Shown here: positions 10,354 to 20,138 of the stretch, piece after piece
Layout: each line of letters begins with the position of its first letter
How positions within the stretch are numbered: the stretch's first letter is position 1
DNA from: Candidatus Bathyarchaeota archaeon
GTDB lineage: Archaea > Thermoproteota > Bathyarchaeia > Bathyarchaeales > Bathycorpusculaceae
DNA length: 64,000 nt
Direction: 5' to 3'
NCBI GenBank assembly: GCA_963775895.1
Contig: CAVZKL010000022.1
Span: 1-64,000, forward strand
Notes under the pieces: generated by a model
Told to the model about the DNA's origin: nothing
Databases searched by the model: none
The model's input: only the letters and a program-made list of their open reading frames with translations
Made by a program: the position numbers and the translations under genes

Positions 10354-13092
10354 TCATTCGTGTTTGTTGAAGTAGACCACACATATGGCTATGTCCTTCA
10401 TGTTTACGACGCCGTCGTCATTCACGTCCACGTTAGGGTTCCACTTTGGCGAAGTTGGCTTGCTGTTGAACTGTGCGATCATGAGCGCGATATCTCGCAT
10501 GTTCACGGTTCCATCGTAGATGCCTTGCGTCGGACCTGAAATGTCACCTGGGACCCCAACATGAACCGGGGTTGTGCAAGTGTAGTTGTTGTCTGCAATG
10601 TCTATCTCACCTTGCAGTGGCTCGGCATAAACGTTTACAGTGTAGTTGCCGAAGGCAAATCCCGCGGTGTTCCAAGTGAAATTCAATATGACTGAATCTC
10701 TGCCTGTCACAGTGATGTTCGTGGCAGAACCAATCAAGCTGCCGTTTGAGTACGTGAGCACGCTGAAGGTTTCAGTGGTCGTAGCATAGTTCATAATGAA
10801 AGCGCTGAGACTTACGGCTAGGTCCTTTCCTGCGATCGTTCTCAACGGAAATACCGGACTGTTCAGCGTCTCAGAGTATACTCTTCCAACGTAAGCTATT
10901 CCAATGTCGGTTGAGCTCCACGGGTAGGGTTTCATCAACGGATAATCGGCTTTGCCACTCCAATCAATGCTCTGAGGAGTATCGCCCAGTCCATCGCTTC
11001 CAGTTTCGTTTTGATATTGACCCTTGTAACAGTCAAGACCTGAATAATCACTCCAGTAGTTGCCACCAGAAGGATAGCCGTCATCCCACGTGCTCGATTC
11101 GTCGACTCCGCCGCCGGGGCTTACGTTACCCACGAAGTTGTTGTGGTGAATAGAATTGCCGACCGACAGGTAGAACCACACTGGGTATCCGCAGCCCGTG
11201 AAGTTGTTACCCATAACGATATTGTAGTTCGAGGAGTAGCCAACTTCGAGGCCAGTGTCATAGTCAATTACATCATTTTCCATTATGGTGTTGTTTGAAG
11301 AATTCTCGAGGTCTAAGCCGATGTCAAAGTCCCAATTCAGAGGGCTCTCGTCGATAATTCTGTTTCCTGAAACCTGGTTGTTTGAAGAAAATAGTAGTCG
11401 ATACCATTGTGCAGATTCCCAGTGATTTGGTTTTCGATTATTCGGTTGAAGTCTGAGAATTGAAGGCGTATCCCATCGTAATTGCCTGAGACGGCATTCT
11501 GCGTTATTGTCGAATTCTGGACACCCACCAGGAGTATCCCATTCGTATTGTTCGTCAGCACGAGACTTTGGACGGTCATGTTGGTGCACTGCACAAGAAC
11601 AACGCAACCAGCGTCTGAAGGAACGGTTCCGTCGGTCATGTTTGTCCAATAGTAGACTGGTTTCCCGTTAACAGTGTTTGATGCATCAATATCGTTGATA
11701 AAATCTGAAACCGCCATTCCATCGACAAAGAGATTTAGACCGTTATTGTTCAAGAGATTGCTTCTCATGAAATTGTTTGGAGAACGATCAATCAAGAGGC
11801 CATGATTGACGTTGTCCGTGACGTTATTTTCAGAGACAGTGTTTCCTGTACAATTATAGAGTGCCAGTCCGTCGCTATTGTTGGTTAGCGCATTAAAGCT
11901 GACGTCGGATTCGTTCGTGTTGACCATCACGATCCCGTGTCGGTTCTTGCTCAGGTTCAGGTTCCTAGCGGTTACGTTAACGCAGTCTATGAGATGGACG
12001 TATCCAGCGTCTTGTGGGATAATTTGGTCTGATTTGTTGACTAAGAAGTACATTGGCTTTCCGTCAATCGTGTTTGAAGCGTCAACATCCTCATAGAGCG
12101 CTGGTTCGGCTCCGAAACTCAGGGAGTTGCCGCTCATTCGATTGTTTCGAAATGTGTCATTTGAACCTGCATCGAGAGATATGCCATTCAAGTTTGATAT
12201 TATGTCATTGTTAATCACTGTGTTGTTGAAATTTAGTGAGCCCGCTGGGAAACTGATGCCCCCTGTGTTGCTCATGATCATGTTGTCGGAAAGTCTATTG
12301 CGGTAAGAGTCTATCACGGTGATGCCTTGCCCAGTGTTCTCGGTTATGTTGTTGTTTGACACGAGATTGTCGTGCGAAAATCGGTAGATGAAGATGCCAT
12401 TGTAGTTTTTGGTAATGTTGTTATCGAGCAGACTGTAGTTTTGGGTCGATAGAGACAGAACTAGGCCAGTCCCAGTATTCATAGCGATATTGTTTGAAGA
12501 TACCGTGCTGAGGAGAGAGGATTCCCAGATGTATATACCATTTCATATTCTCAGTAACGTTGTTTTGGCCTATCGAAATATTGCCGTATCGATATGATAA
12601 ACAAAGATTCCATAGGCTGATTCAGTGAAATTTGATTGCCCTGAACCGTAAGGTCAAAAGTTATTGCGAAATCTGAATCCCTTCATCATTCTCTTTTATG
12701 ATGTTCCCTGTTATTGCTAGCACGTGCGTGTTAGAGCGCATATATCCCATAATAGAAAGTCTGATCGTGGTATTTTTGAGCGTGATATTGTTTCTTCCCG
12801 AAACATTCACCCCATTTGAATACTGTGTACCATTCCCCTGAAGCGTGAAGCCGTTCCCGTCTAGAGTCATATTGTCTCGTTCGATGATGATTCCATCAGA
12901 TTCAAAATAAATGTTGTCCGTCAGAGTGTAAATGTCGCCATTGCGTTCGATCGCAGCACTTGGTGGGTCTATCGAGCCATCAGCTCTAATGTATATGGTG
13001 CCAATTCCTTTGACCGGGTAGATCGAAAGCACAGAAACCCAAACAGTTGTCAAGATTGTCAGAATCAAAAACAAGGCAACTGTTCTCTTCAC
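10354..13092 (-). CDS. Secreted NosD/CASH beta-helix protein with an Ig-like domain and a C-terminal dockerin-like duplicated Ca-binding motif; frameshifted
   Basis: Signal peptide plus TIYIRADGSIDP, Asn-rich NNxIxxN repeats, WDDGYPSGGNYWSDY, and GDISG...DGTVNMRDI...DVNDDGVVNMKDI. Pieces are 12661..13092, 11337..12482 and 10354..11649. Confidence 0.85.
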
Positions 13093-13310
13093 TCTTTTCC
13101 CCTAACCTACTACTGTCGTTGAGCTTCTTAGACCTTTCGCGCGATTCGTCAGCGCAGTCGTTGATAGTGGTGCTGAAGCACATCTTCCTACACCCAATGG
13201 CATGGAGTTGATTTGTTGGCCAAAAGAAGGCTGAACCAATCCCGATGTGCTCAGAAAACGCGCGCGTTCCTTGATGGCATCAGTTTTTATGAGCAGCAGG
13301 CGAACTATCG

Positions 13311-14201
13311 TTGATGTCGGGCAAAGCATTTTTCATCGATCGTTACATGAAACTGGGCTGGGAGTACAGCAAACCCCAGTTGAAACAAGCTATCAGAATC
13401 AACTCCGCAAACGTTAAACCTGAAAAGACTCTGGAAAGACTGCGAAACCTGGGGTTGAAACTCGAAAAAACCTCGTTTCTCGAAAACGGTTACTGGGTAG
13501 AAGAAGCAAAATTCTCAGTCGGCGCCACCTCGGAATACCTTCTGGGACTCTATTCAATTCAGGAAACGGCCGCCCAGATTCCAGCCACGCTCTTCACGGA
13601 TGTAGAGTCCAAATCAGTTCTCGACGCCTGCGCAGCTCCAGGAGGAAAGACAACTCAGCTAGCGGATCTGATGCACAACACCGGCATGATAGTTGCTCTG
13701 GACGTTGACAAGCGAAGACTAGCCGCTACAGCGAATCACTTGGAAAGATGTCGAGTGAAGAACACTGCACTTTACGAGTTGGACGCAAGAGAAGTCTCTC
13801 GTCTCAACATGAATTTCAATCGAATCCTTCTTGACATGCCCTGCTCAGGCAACTTCGCATCGGATAAGGAATGGTTCAAGAGAAGAACCATCAAAGACGT
13901 GCAGAGAAATGCAAGGTTGCAAAGAGAAATACTCGCAGAAACGGTCAAGACCCTCGATGATCATGGAGAAATCGTCTACTCAACCTGCTCTCTGGAACCT
14001 GAGGAAAACGAGCTGAACATCGACTGGGCCATAAGAAACCTGAACCTCAGGGTTGAGAAGATCGACTGCTATGGACAAGAAGGACTCACAAACGTCTTCG
14101 GCAAAACGCTGGATGCTTCTCTGAGCAATTGTAGGAGAATCTGGCCTGGGCAAACGCAAGGCTTCTTCGTGTGCAAACTGAAAAAAGGAGAGTCCGCATG
14201 A
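13311..14201 (+). CDS. RsmB/Nop2 (NSUN) RNA m5C methyltransferase
   Basis: LDACAAPGGKT, LLDMPCSG and VYSTCSL motifs. Confidence 0.95.
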   Translation: MMSGKAFFIDRYMKLGWEYSKPQLKQAIRINSANVKPEKTLERLRNLGLKLEKTSFLENGYWVEEAKFSVGATSEYLLGLYSIQETAAQIPATLFTDVESKSVLDACAAPGGKTTQLADLMHNTGMIVALDVDKRRLAATANHLERCRVKNTALYELDAREVSRLNMNFNRILLDMPCSGNFASDKEWFKRRTIKDVQRNARLQREILAETVKTLDDHGEIVYSTCSLEPEENELNIDWAIRNLNLRVEKIDCYGQEGLTNVFGKTLDASLSNCRRIWPGQTQGFFVCKLKKGESA

Positions 14202-14668
14202 TCAAAGAGATCAACGATTTCGCAAGTCTCTTCGGTTCCAGCCTCAACCTAGACGAAGAACTAACGGTAAGAAAGCAAAACCGAGTCTTCCTCATCAACG
14301 ACGTCTTGAAAAAGACGGCGCCCAAGGACTTTTTCTACGCTGGCACGTACATGGGAAGAATCGTCAAAGGCAAACTTTTCCCAGGCTTTGAATTACTGAT
14401 GATGATTGCAAGGAAAAAAGCCAATGAAATCATCGTAGACAAGAAAACGGAGTGGCTTTTCATCTGTGGACGAGATGTCTTCAAACAGGGAATAATGAAG
14501 ACCATCGGATCGGGTCGCAAGGGTGAACATGTTCTGGTTCTCAACGATCACGGTGAGTGTCTGGGTTACGGCAGAATACTGTGCGATCTTGAGAAGACAA
14601 AAAGCGGGCTTGCCGTGAAAAACATGCTGGATATAGGAGACTTTCTGAGAAGAGAGAAACAAACGTAA
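14198..14668 (+). CDS. Nip7-like PUA-domain ribosome biogenesis protein
   Basis: EWLFICGRDVF, GECLGYG and DIGDFLRRE motifs; ATGA overlap with the methyltransferase gene. Confidence 0.8.
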   Translation: MIKEINDFASLFGSSLNLDEELTVRKQNRVFLINDVLKKTAPKDFFYAGTYMGRIVKGKLFPGFELLMMIARKKANEIIVDKKTEWLFICGRDVFKQGIMKTIGSGRKGEHVLVLNDHGECLGYGRILCDLEKTKSGLAVKNMLDIGDFLRREKQT

Positions 14669-14674
14669 AGTCTT

Positions 14675-15971
14675 CTAGCGCTTTATTTCGTCAACCACTT
14701 TCTTAATTGGTACAATGCGCTGTTCTCTCTTGGACAGGTCACGTAAAACAACGGAGTCTTCCTTGAGCTCCCTCTCTCCCACGATTATCGCATAGCTAAT
14801 CTTTCTCCTGTCCGCATCTTCCAGAGCCTTCGTCATCTTTCGACCCATGACTTCCACTTCAACCATCATATCTGCGTCTCTGAGCATCCGGGCGATCTTC
14901 AGAGCTTCAACCCTCAACTCCTCTTTAACGGGTACAACGATGATAGTGCTTCCTTTCTTGGCTTTGAAGCCGATTTTCTGAGCCTGCACCGCAAGGGCTA
15001 TACGGTCTAATCCATGCGCAACTCCAACCGCAGGAGTGGGTTCGCCTCCGAACAACTCAATCAGCCTGTCGTATCTTCCACCGCCTCCCAGCGCAACGTC
15101 CATTTCGGGCACGAAAATCTCAAAAACCATCCCCGTGTAATACTCAAGTCCTCTGGCGAAACCCGCGTCAACCGTCAGGTCAATATTGCTACCCGCTCTT
15201 GGTGACAAGTTCCAGAATTGCGTTCAGGTTTTCCACTGCTGCAACAGACTTTTCGTAGTCTTTCACAAGTTCCCCAATTCTACTCACTACATCGACGACG
15301 TCCTTGCTTCTGCACTCCACAAGTTCACGGATGATGCTGATGCACTTCCCTGACGCTCCAAGGTTTTCAACAAGCTTCAACGCATCATCATACTGTTTCT
15401 TGTCCATCAACTGCATCACAGCGTTCTGATCTTTTTCAGCCACTTTCTCTTGACCCAGCATCCCCCTCAGAACACCGACATGACCGACTTTCATCGTGAC
15501 CTTCTTCAACCCTGCCTTCTGGAACAGGCTGTCCGTCAACATGAGAATTTCAGCGTCTGCTTCCGGCCTGACCGTTCCCACCAGTTCAAAGTCTGACTGC
15601 CAAAACTCTCTGTACCGTCCTCGCTGGGGCTCATCATACCTGTACGCACTGCCCATGCAGAAAATTCTGAAGGGCTTAGGCTCATTCCTCAACGCAGTGG
15701 TCACAAGCCTCGCAACCGAAGCAGTGAACTCAGGTCGCAGTGCAACGGCTCTTCCGCCGAGATCTTTGAAAACGAACATGCGGGACCTGACTTCATCACC
15801 AGCCTTTGCCGCGAGAAGCTCGTATGATTCAACAACCGGAGTCACTATTTCCTTGTAACCATAGAGTCTGGCAACTTTTCTAGCGGCTTCTTCAACGTAC
15901 ATCATCCTTTCCGCGTCTTCAGGAAGCAGATCCCTCATTCCGCGCAGTGTTTTGAATTCAGACATCGCCAA
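14675..15971 (-). CDS. hisS: Histidine--tRNA ligase, frameshift near 15195
   Basis: LRPEFTAS, YRYDEPQRGRYREF, ARGLEYYTG and GGGGRYD motifs across ORFs 15189..15971 and 14675..15208. Confidence 0.95.
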
Positions 15972-15981
15972 ATATCCTTCG

Positions 15982-16536
15982 CTATTTTAGGGTCAATTCT
16001 GAAACCGAATAATAAACTGTTTCGCCTCTGCGATTTATGACCGCCATAACCAGTTCTTTTTTCAGGCTGAGACTCTCCGTCAACGACCTTGTCAAATCCT
16101 CAATCGAGATCGGTTTACCCTCCTGAACGCTGATGATCAGGTACTTGGCGGCGTCTTTACTGTAGTCTCCTCGGTCATAAACGCGAAAGTCAACCTTTGA
16201 ACCAAAGCCTTCCCTCACAACGTAGCCCCGGCTTCTCAGATCACGGTAAACCAGGTATCCCGCCCAAGCATTCTCATTGACACTCTCGTAGCGTTGGACC
16301 AGTTTTTGAAAATCGATCGGCTTTCCCTTTTCATCCTCAATTTCCAGCATCTGCTTGTCCAACAAGTACAGCGCCTCATAGAACGTTAGAAGCAGTTCTT
16401 TTCGATCGGCAACACCGTATCCGCGTGATGAGAGTTCATCCACGTGCGGCCTGTCGGAGACTCGAACTCCATTTTCAACAAGCAAACCTTTTGCCTTGAG
16501 TTCAGGGCTGCTCTGCGTTTTTTCTTTGTTGCTCAT
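15982..16536 (-). CDS. endA: tRNA-splicing endonuclease subunit, probably the structural subunit
   Basis: LTFYEALYL, YRDLRSRGYVVR and DFRVY motifs; the usual catalytic His position reads DAAKYLI. Confidence 0.85.
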   Translation of the reverse strand: MSNKEKTQSSPELKAKGLLVENGVRVSDRPHVDELSSRGYGVADRKELLLTFYEALYLLDKQMLEIEDEKGKPIDFQKLVQRYESVNENAWAGYLVYRDLRSRGYVVREGFGSKVDFRVYDRGDYSKDAAKYLIISVQEGKPISIEDLTRSLTESLSLKKELVMAVINRRGETVYYSVSELTLK

Positions 16537-16576
16537 CAGATTTCACGGCTGGTATAAGGTTGTTGCTCCTTCTTAT

Positions 16577-17596
16577 TTAGCGATTAGCCTCGCTCTTGCG
16601 GAAGAAGTCGGGTTTGAAGATACCTTTCTCGCTGATCACTGCCGTGACGTACTTCAGAGGGGTAATGTCAAAAGCAGGGTTCAGTACGTCAACGTCTTCA
16701 ACCGTGATGCACTTCGAGCCTATGTGAGTGACTTCTTCGCGCTTTCGCTCCTCAATCTCAACTTCTTTTGAAGTGCGAGTCAGATCAAACGTCGACGTGG
16801 GCGCCGCAACGTAGAAAGGAACCTTATGCTCTTTAGCCAAGACCGCTACCGCGTAAGTTCCTATCTTGTTGATCACAGCATCTCTGACTATTCGATCTGC
16901 GCCGACCACAACCTTGTTAATCATTTTCCTGTACATCGCGTAACCCACCATGCTATCCGTGATCAGAGTGACCGGAATGCCTTCCTTTTTCATCTCATAA
17001 ACTGACAGTCTGGCGCCTTGCAGTAGCGGACGAGTCTCGGCTGCTATGACTCTGATGCGTTTGCCTTCCTCCCAAGCTGCGCGCACAACGCCAAGAGCAG
17101 TACCATATTCAACTGTAGCCAAGGCTCCAGCATTGCAGTGCGTGAGAACCACGTCCCCGTCCTCTATCAGCTTGGCTCCACACTTGCCGATCGCTCTATT
17201 GGCTGCCGCATCTTCATCGGCTATCCTGTTGGCTTCTTCAACGACGAACATCGCCAGCTCCTCACGATTCACTGCCAATCGCCTTGCTTTGCTCATGATT
17301 CTGTCCAAAGCCCAGAAAAGGTTGACAGCCGTAGGACGCGTTCGCCTGATAATTTCCGCTGAGCGCTCCAAGTCTCGAAGCAGATCCTCTTTACTTGTTG
17401 CTTTCGAGTGGCTGGCCGTCAATGCGAGCGCGTAGGCGGCTGCCGCACCCAACAAAGGGGCTCCCCTAATCTTCATAGTCTTTATTGCCTCAGCCATCTC
17501 CTCCGGGCTTTTGACGCTGATGAACACTTCTTTGCCGGGAAGTTTCGTCTGGTCAATCGTCGATACGGTTCCGTCACGCCATTCTATGGTTCGCAA
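16577..17596 (-). CDS. mtnA: S-methyl-5-thioribose-1-phosphate isomerase
   Basis: IRGAP, RPTAVNL, THCNAGALAT, ETRPLLQGARL, NKIGTY and NPAFDITP motifs. Confidence 0.93.
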   Translation of the reverse strand: MRTIEWRDGTVSTIDQTKLPGKEVFISVKSPEEMAEAIKTMKIRGAPLLGAAAAYALALTASHSKATSKEDLLRDLERSAEIIRRTRPTAVNLFWALDRIMSKARRLAVNREELAMFVVEEANRIADEDAAANRAIGKCGAKLIEDGDVVLTHCNAGALATVEYGTALGVVRAAWEEGKRIRVIAAETRPLLQGARLSVYEMKKEGIPVTLITDSMVGYAMYRKMINKVVVGADRIVRDAVINKIGTYAVAVLAKEHKVPFYVAAPTSTFDLTRTSKEVEIEERKREEVTHIGSKCITVEDVDVLNPAFDITPLKYVTAVISEKGIFKPDFFRKSEANR

Positions 17597-17646
17597 GGCT
17601 CCGTCCCCGTAACCCGTTTATGAGTTAACCGTATAAGACTTACTGG

Positions 17647-18372
17647 ATGATGAAAAAGGTTATGAAAAAAGAAGAACTTCGAGCGCTCGTTGAGACTCTG
17701 GGACGAAAATACTCTGAAATCTTGGAGATCCGCCTGTCGCGTGGAACAGATGAAGAGCTTTTCAAATGGTTCCTTGCTTCAATGCTTTTTGGAGCACCGA
17801 TATCAGAAGCCGCCGTTCTCAAGACCTACAAGTGTTTTCAGAAGTACAAGATACTGACTCCGAAGAAAATTCTTCAGACCGGTTGGGATCGACTCGTCAA
17901 GGTCTTAGACGAGGGGAGCTACACTCGTTACGATTTCAAGACGGCAGACAAACTTCTACTCGTTTCGCGAAGCCTTCTTGAAAGATATGGAGGAAGCATG
18001 AATAAAATTCACAGTCAGGCGTCTGATGCCCGTGATCTGGAAAGAAGGTTGAAAGAGTTGGGCAAAGGAATAGGCGACGTTACTGTGAGCATTTTCCTGA
18101 GGGAACTGAGGGACGTTTGGAAGAAAGCCGATCCTTACCCAACGCCGCTCGTCATCAGGGCCGCGGAGCAACTTGGGATTGTTAAGATGAATGCGTCTCC
18201 TGAAGAGGTTCTAGAACGGTTGAAGGACTTTTGGCGGAGGAACGCTATAGCCGGGCAATCTTTCGTAAACTTTGAGACTTCTCTCCTGAGGTTGGAGAAG
18301 GATTATCTGAGAAAGGGCAGACGCTTTCGTTCTTTGGTCAGTACCGTGTCATTTGATCGTAGGGCGGTTTGA
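17647..18372 (+). CDS. HhH-GPD superfamily (endonuclease III-like) protein
   Basis: LFKWFLASMLFGAPI, LDEGSYTRYD and the HhH KGIGDVTVSIFLREL. Confidence 0.7.
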   Translation: MMKKVMKKEELRALVETLGRKYSEILEIRLSRGTDEELFKWFLASMLFGAPISEAAVLKTYKCFQKYKILTPKKILQTGWDRLVKVLDEGSYTRYDFKTADKLLLVSRSLLERYGGSMNKIHSQASDARDLERRLKELGKGIGDVTVSIFLRELRDVWKKADPYPTPLVIRAAEQLGIVKMNASPEEVLERLKDFWRRNAIAGQSFVNFETSLLRLEKDYLRKGRRFRSLVSTVSFDRRAV

Positions 18373-19096
18373 CATAAGTTATCATTTCAATCGGACATTC
18401 GCCTGAGAGCTTCAGCGTCTTCTTCCACTCTTCACCCACTGCGATGAGGGAGAAGATTCCTGACAATTCTGCCTTGGCTTTTCGCACAAGGCTCACAAGC
18501 GCTGCTTGCGTCTCTCCTGACTTGATCATGTCATCCACGATCAGAACGCTGTCGCGTTTCTTTATTACTTCCTTCGGAATGTAGAGCGTGTTCGTTACGC
18601 CAGAGCCTTTGAGCAGCACGTAAGTCTCCTCGAGAAACGCTTTGACACCGATTTCTTTGTTTCTCTTGGCAATCACAAGGTTCACTCCAAGAGCGTTTGC
18701 GACCATCGTTGCAAGCGGTATACCATCAACAGCCGCCGTCAAGACCTTAGTCACTCTTTTTCCAGCAAAGTTCGCCAGCGCGTGGTTGGCCGCTTGCTGC
18801 AATATGTTGAAATCACCGATTATCTCGGTGTTGTCGAAATATCCATCCTCATCAAACTTTATTCTGCTGCGAAGCTCAGTCTCAAGACCGACGAGTTTCG
18901 TCAGAACCTTCCATAATTGTCGTGCTCGCGACGTGTTGGGAAGAACGTGTCCCTTGGCATATCTGCTCAGAACCGTCACGGGCAAACCTGTTTTTGAAGC
19001 CAATTCGCGGTAAGTGATATTTCGCTTGTACTTTGCGGTTCTAAGCAGTTCGATCGTCATGAGACGAAGTTTCAAATCTTCTGCGTGAGTGCTCAT
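18338..19096 (-). CDS. HTH plus phosphoribosyltransferase (PurR-like/APRT-like) protein
   Basis: N-terminal TYRELASKTGLPVTVLSRY HTH and PRPP-binding VLIVDDMIKSGET. Confidence 0.88.
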   Translation of the reverse strand: MSTHAEDLKLRLMTIELLRTAKYKRNITYRELASKTGLPVTVLSRYAKGHVLPNTSRARQLWKVLTKLVGLETELRSRIKFDEDGYFDNTEIIGDFNILQQAANHALANFAGKRVTKVLTAAVDGIPLATMVANALGVNLVIAKRNKEIGVKAFLEETYVLLKGSGVTNTLYIPKEVIKKRDSVLIVDDMIKSGETQAALVSLVRKAKAELSGIFSLIAVGEEWKKTLKLSGECPIEMITYVKPPYDQMTRY

Positions 19097-19241
19097 AATT
19101 ATCGCCCTTATACAGAGATAACTCAAATACTGAGTGTTTACAATGTATTATTTCATAGCAGATTTATAATTTCCGCTTAAGAAATGAGCACGAGTTGAAA
19201 CAAAGGAAATTTAGATGGGAATTGCGGTGGCGGATTGCCGA

Positions 19242-20138
19242 CTAGGTCACGACGCCCATTCGGTGCAGTTCCTCTCTCAGACTGTCTCTTGTTCTCTTGA
19301 GACTCTGTCTCTTTTCCACGTATTCGTCACCGCCAATCTTGCTGGACTTAAAATCCTCGTCCAACTGTACCGTTTGCGCATCTATTTCACTTATTCTGGT
19401 CCTCAGTTGATCAACGTATGATACGGCTTTTTCCTCGCCGATCATTTCAGTCGGAGCCGATGCCATCTTGATCACGCCGTCTTCTATGCGCAAGATTCTG
19501 TCGGTTCTTCTTGCAACGCTCGGATCATGTGTAACCATTATGATGGTTTTGCCCAGTTCTCTGTTAACTTTCGACAGATAGTCCACGACGATTTTCGCGT
19601 TGACCGTGTCTAACTCGCCTGTAGGCTCATCAGCCAAGATAACCGGTGCGTCATTCGCAAGCGCCGCGGCCATGGCCACGCGCTGCTGTTCTCCACCGCT
19701 AAGCTCTTCTGGCTTGTGATTGGCACGATCGGATAGACTGACTATTCCAAGAAGCTCTTCCACTCGTTCTTTCCTCTTTCCTCTTGAAACCCCGCGTGCA
19801 ATCATTGGGAGTTCAATGTTTTCTGTTGAAGTCAGCGTTGGAATCAAGTTTAGTGTTTGGAATATGTGACCCACCGTTTCTCTCCTGTAATCTACGAGCT
19901 GTGTTGTGTTCATGCTAGTCAAATCTATGCTTCCTACCCGCACCGTGCCCGCCGTTGCAACATCCAAACCGCCCAATACGTTGAGCAGAGTGGTCTTTCC
20001 GCTTCCGCTCGGCCCTATGATGGCGATGAATTCTCCGGCGTTGACGTCCATGTTCAACCCTCTCAGAGCCTGCACCTCAATCTTGCCGAGCCGGTATGCC
20101 TTGACCAGATTGTTGACTCTCACGTCTAGACCTTTCAT
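19242..20138 (-). CDS. LolD/MacB-type ABC ATPase with a C-terminal coiled extension
   Basis: [16 protein letters not shown] and ADEPTGELD motifs. Confidence 0.95.
   Translation of the reverse strand: MKGLDVRVNNLVKAYRLGKIEVQALRGLNMDVNAGEFIAIIGPSGSGKTTLLNVLGGLDVATAGTVRVGSIDLTSMNTTQLVDYRRETVGHIFQTLNLIPTLTSTENIELPMIARGVSRGKRKERVEELLGIVSLSDRANHKPEELSGGEQQRVAMAAALANDAPVILADEPTGELDTVNAKIVVDYLSKVNRELGKTIIMVTHDPSVARRTDRILRIEDGVIKMASAPTEMIGEEKAVSYVDQLRTRISEIDAQTVQLDEDFKSSKIGGDEYVEKRQSLKRTRDSLREELHRMGVVT

Noticed and set aside
14675-15971. hisS pseudogene or programmed frameshift
   Set aside because: The gene is essential, all motifs are intact, and the window has a high indel rate.
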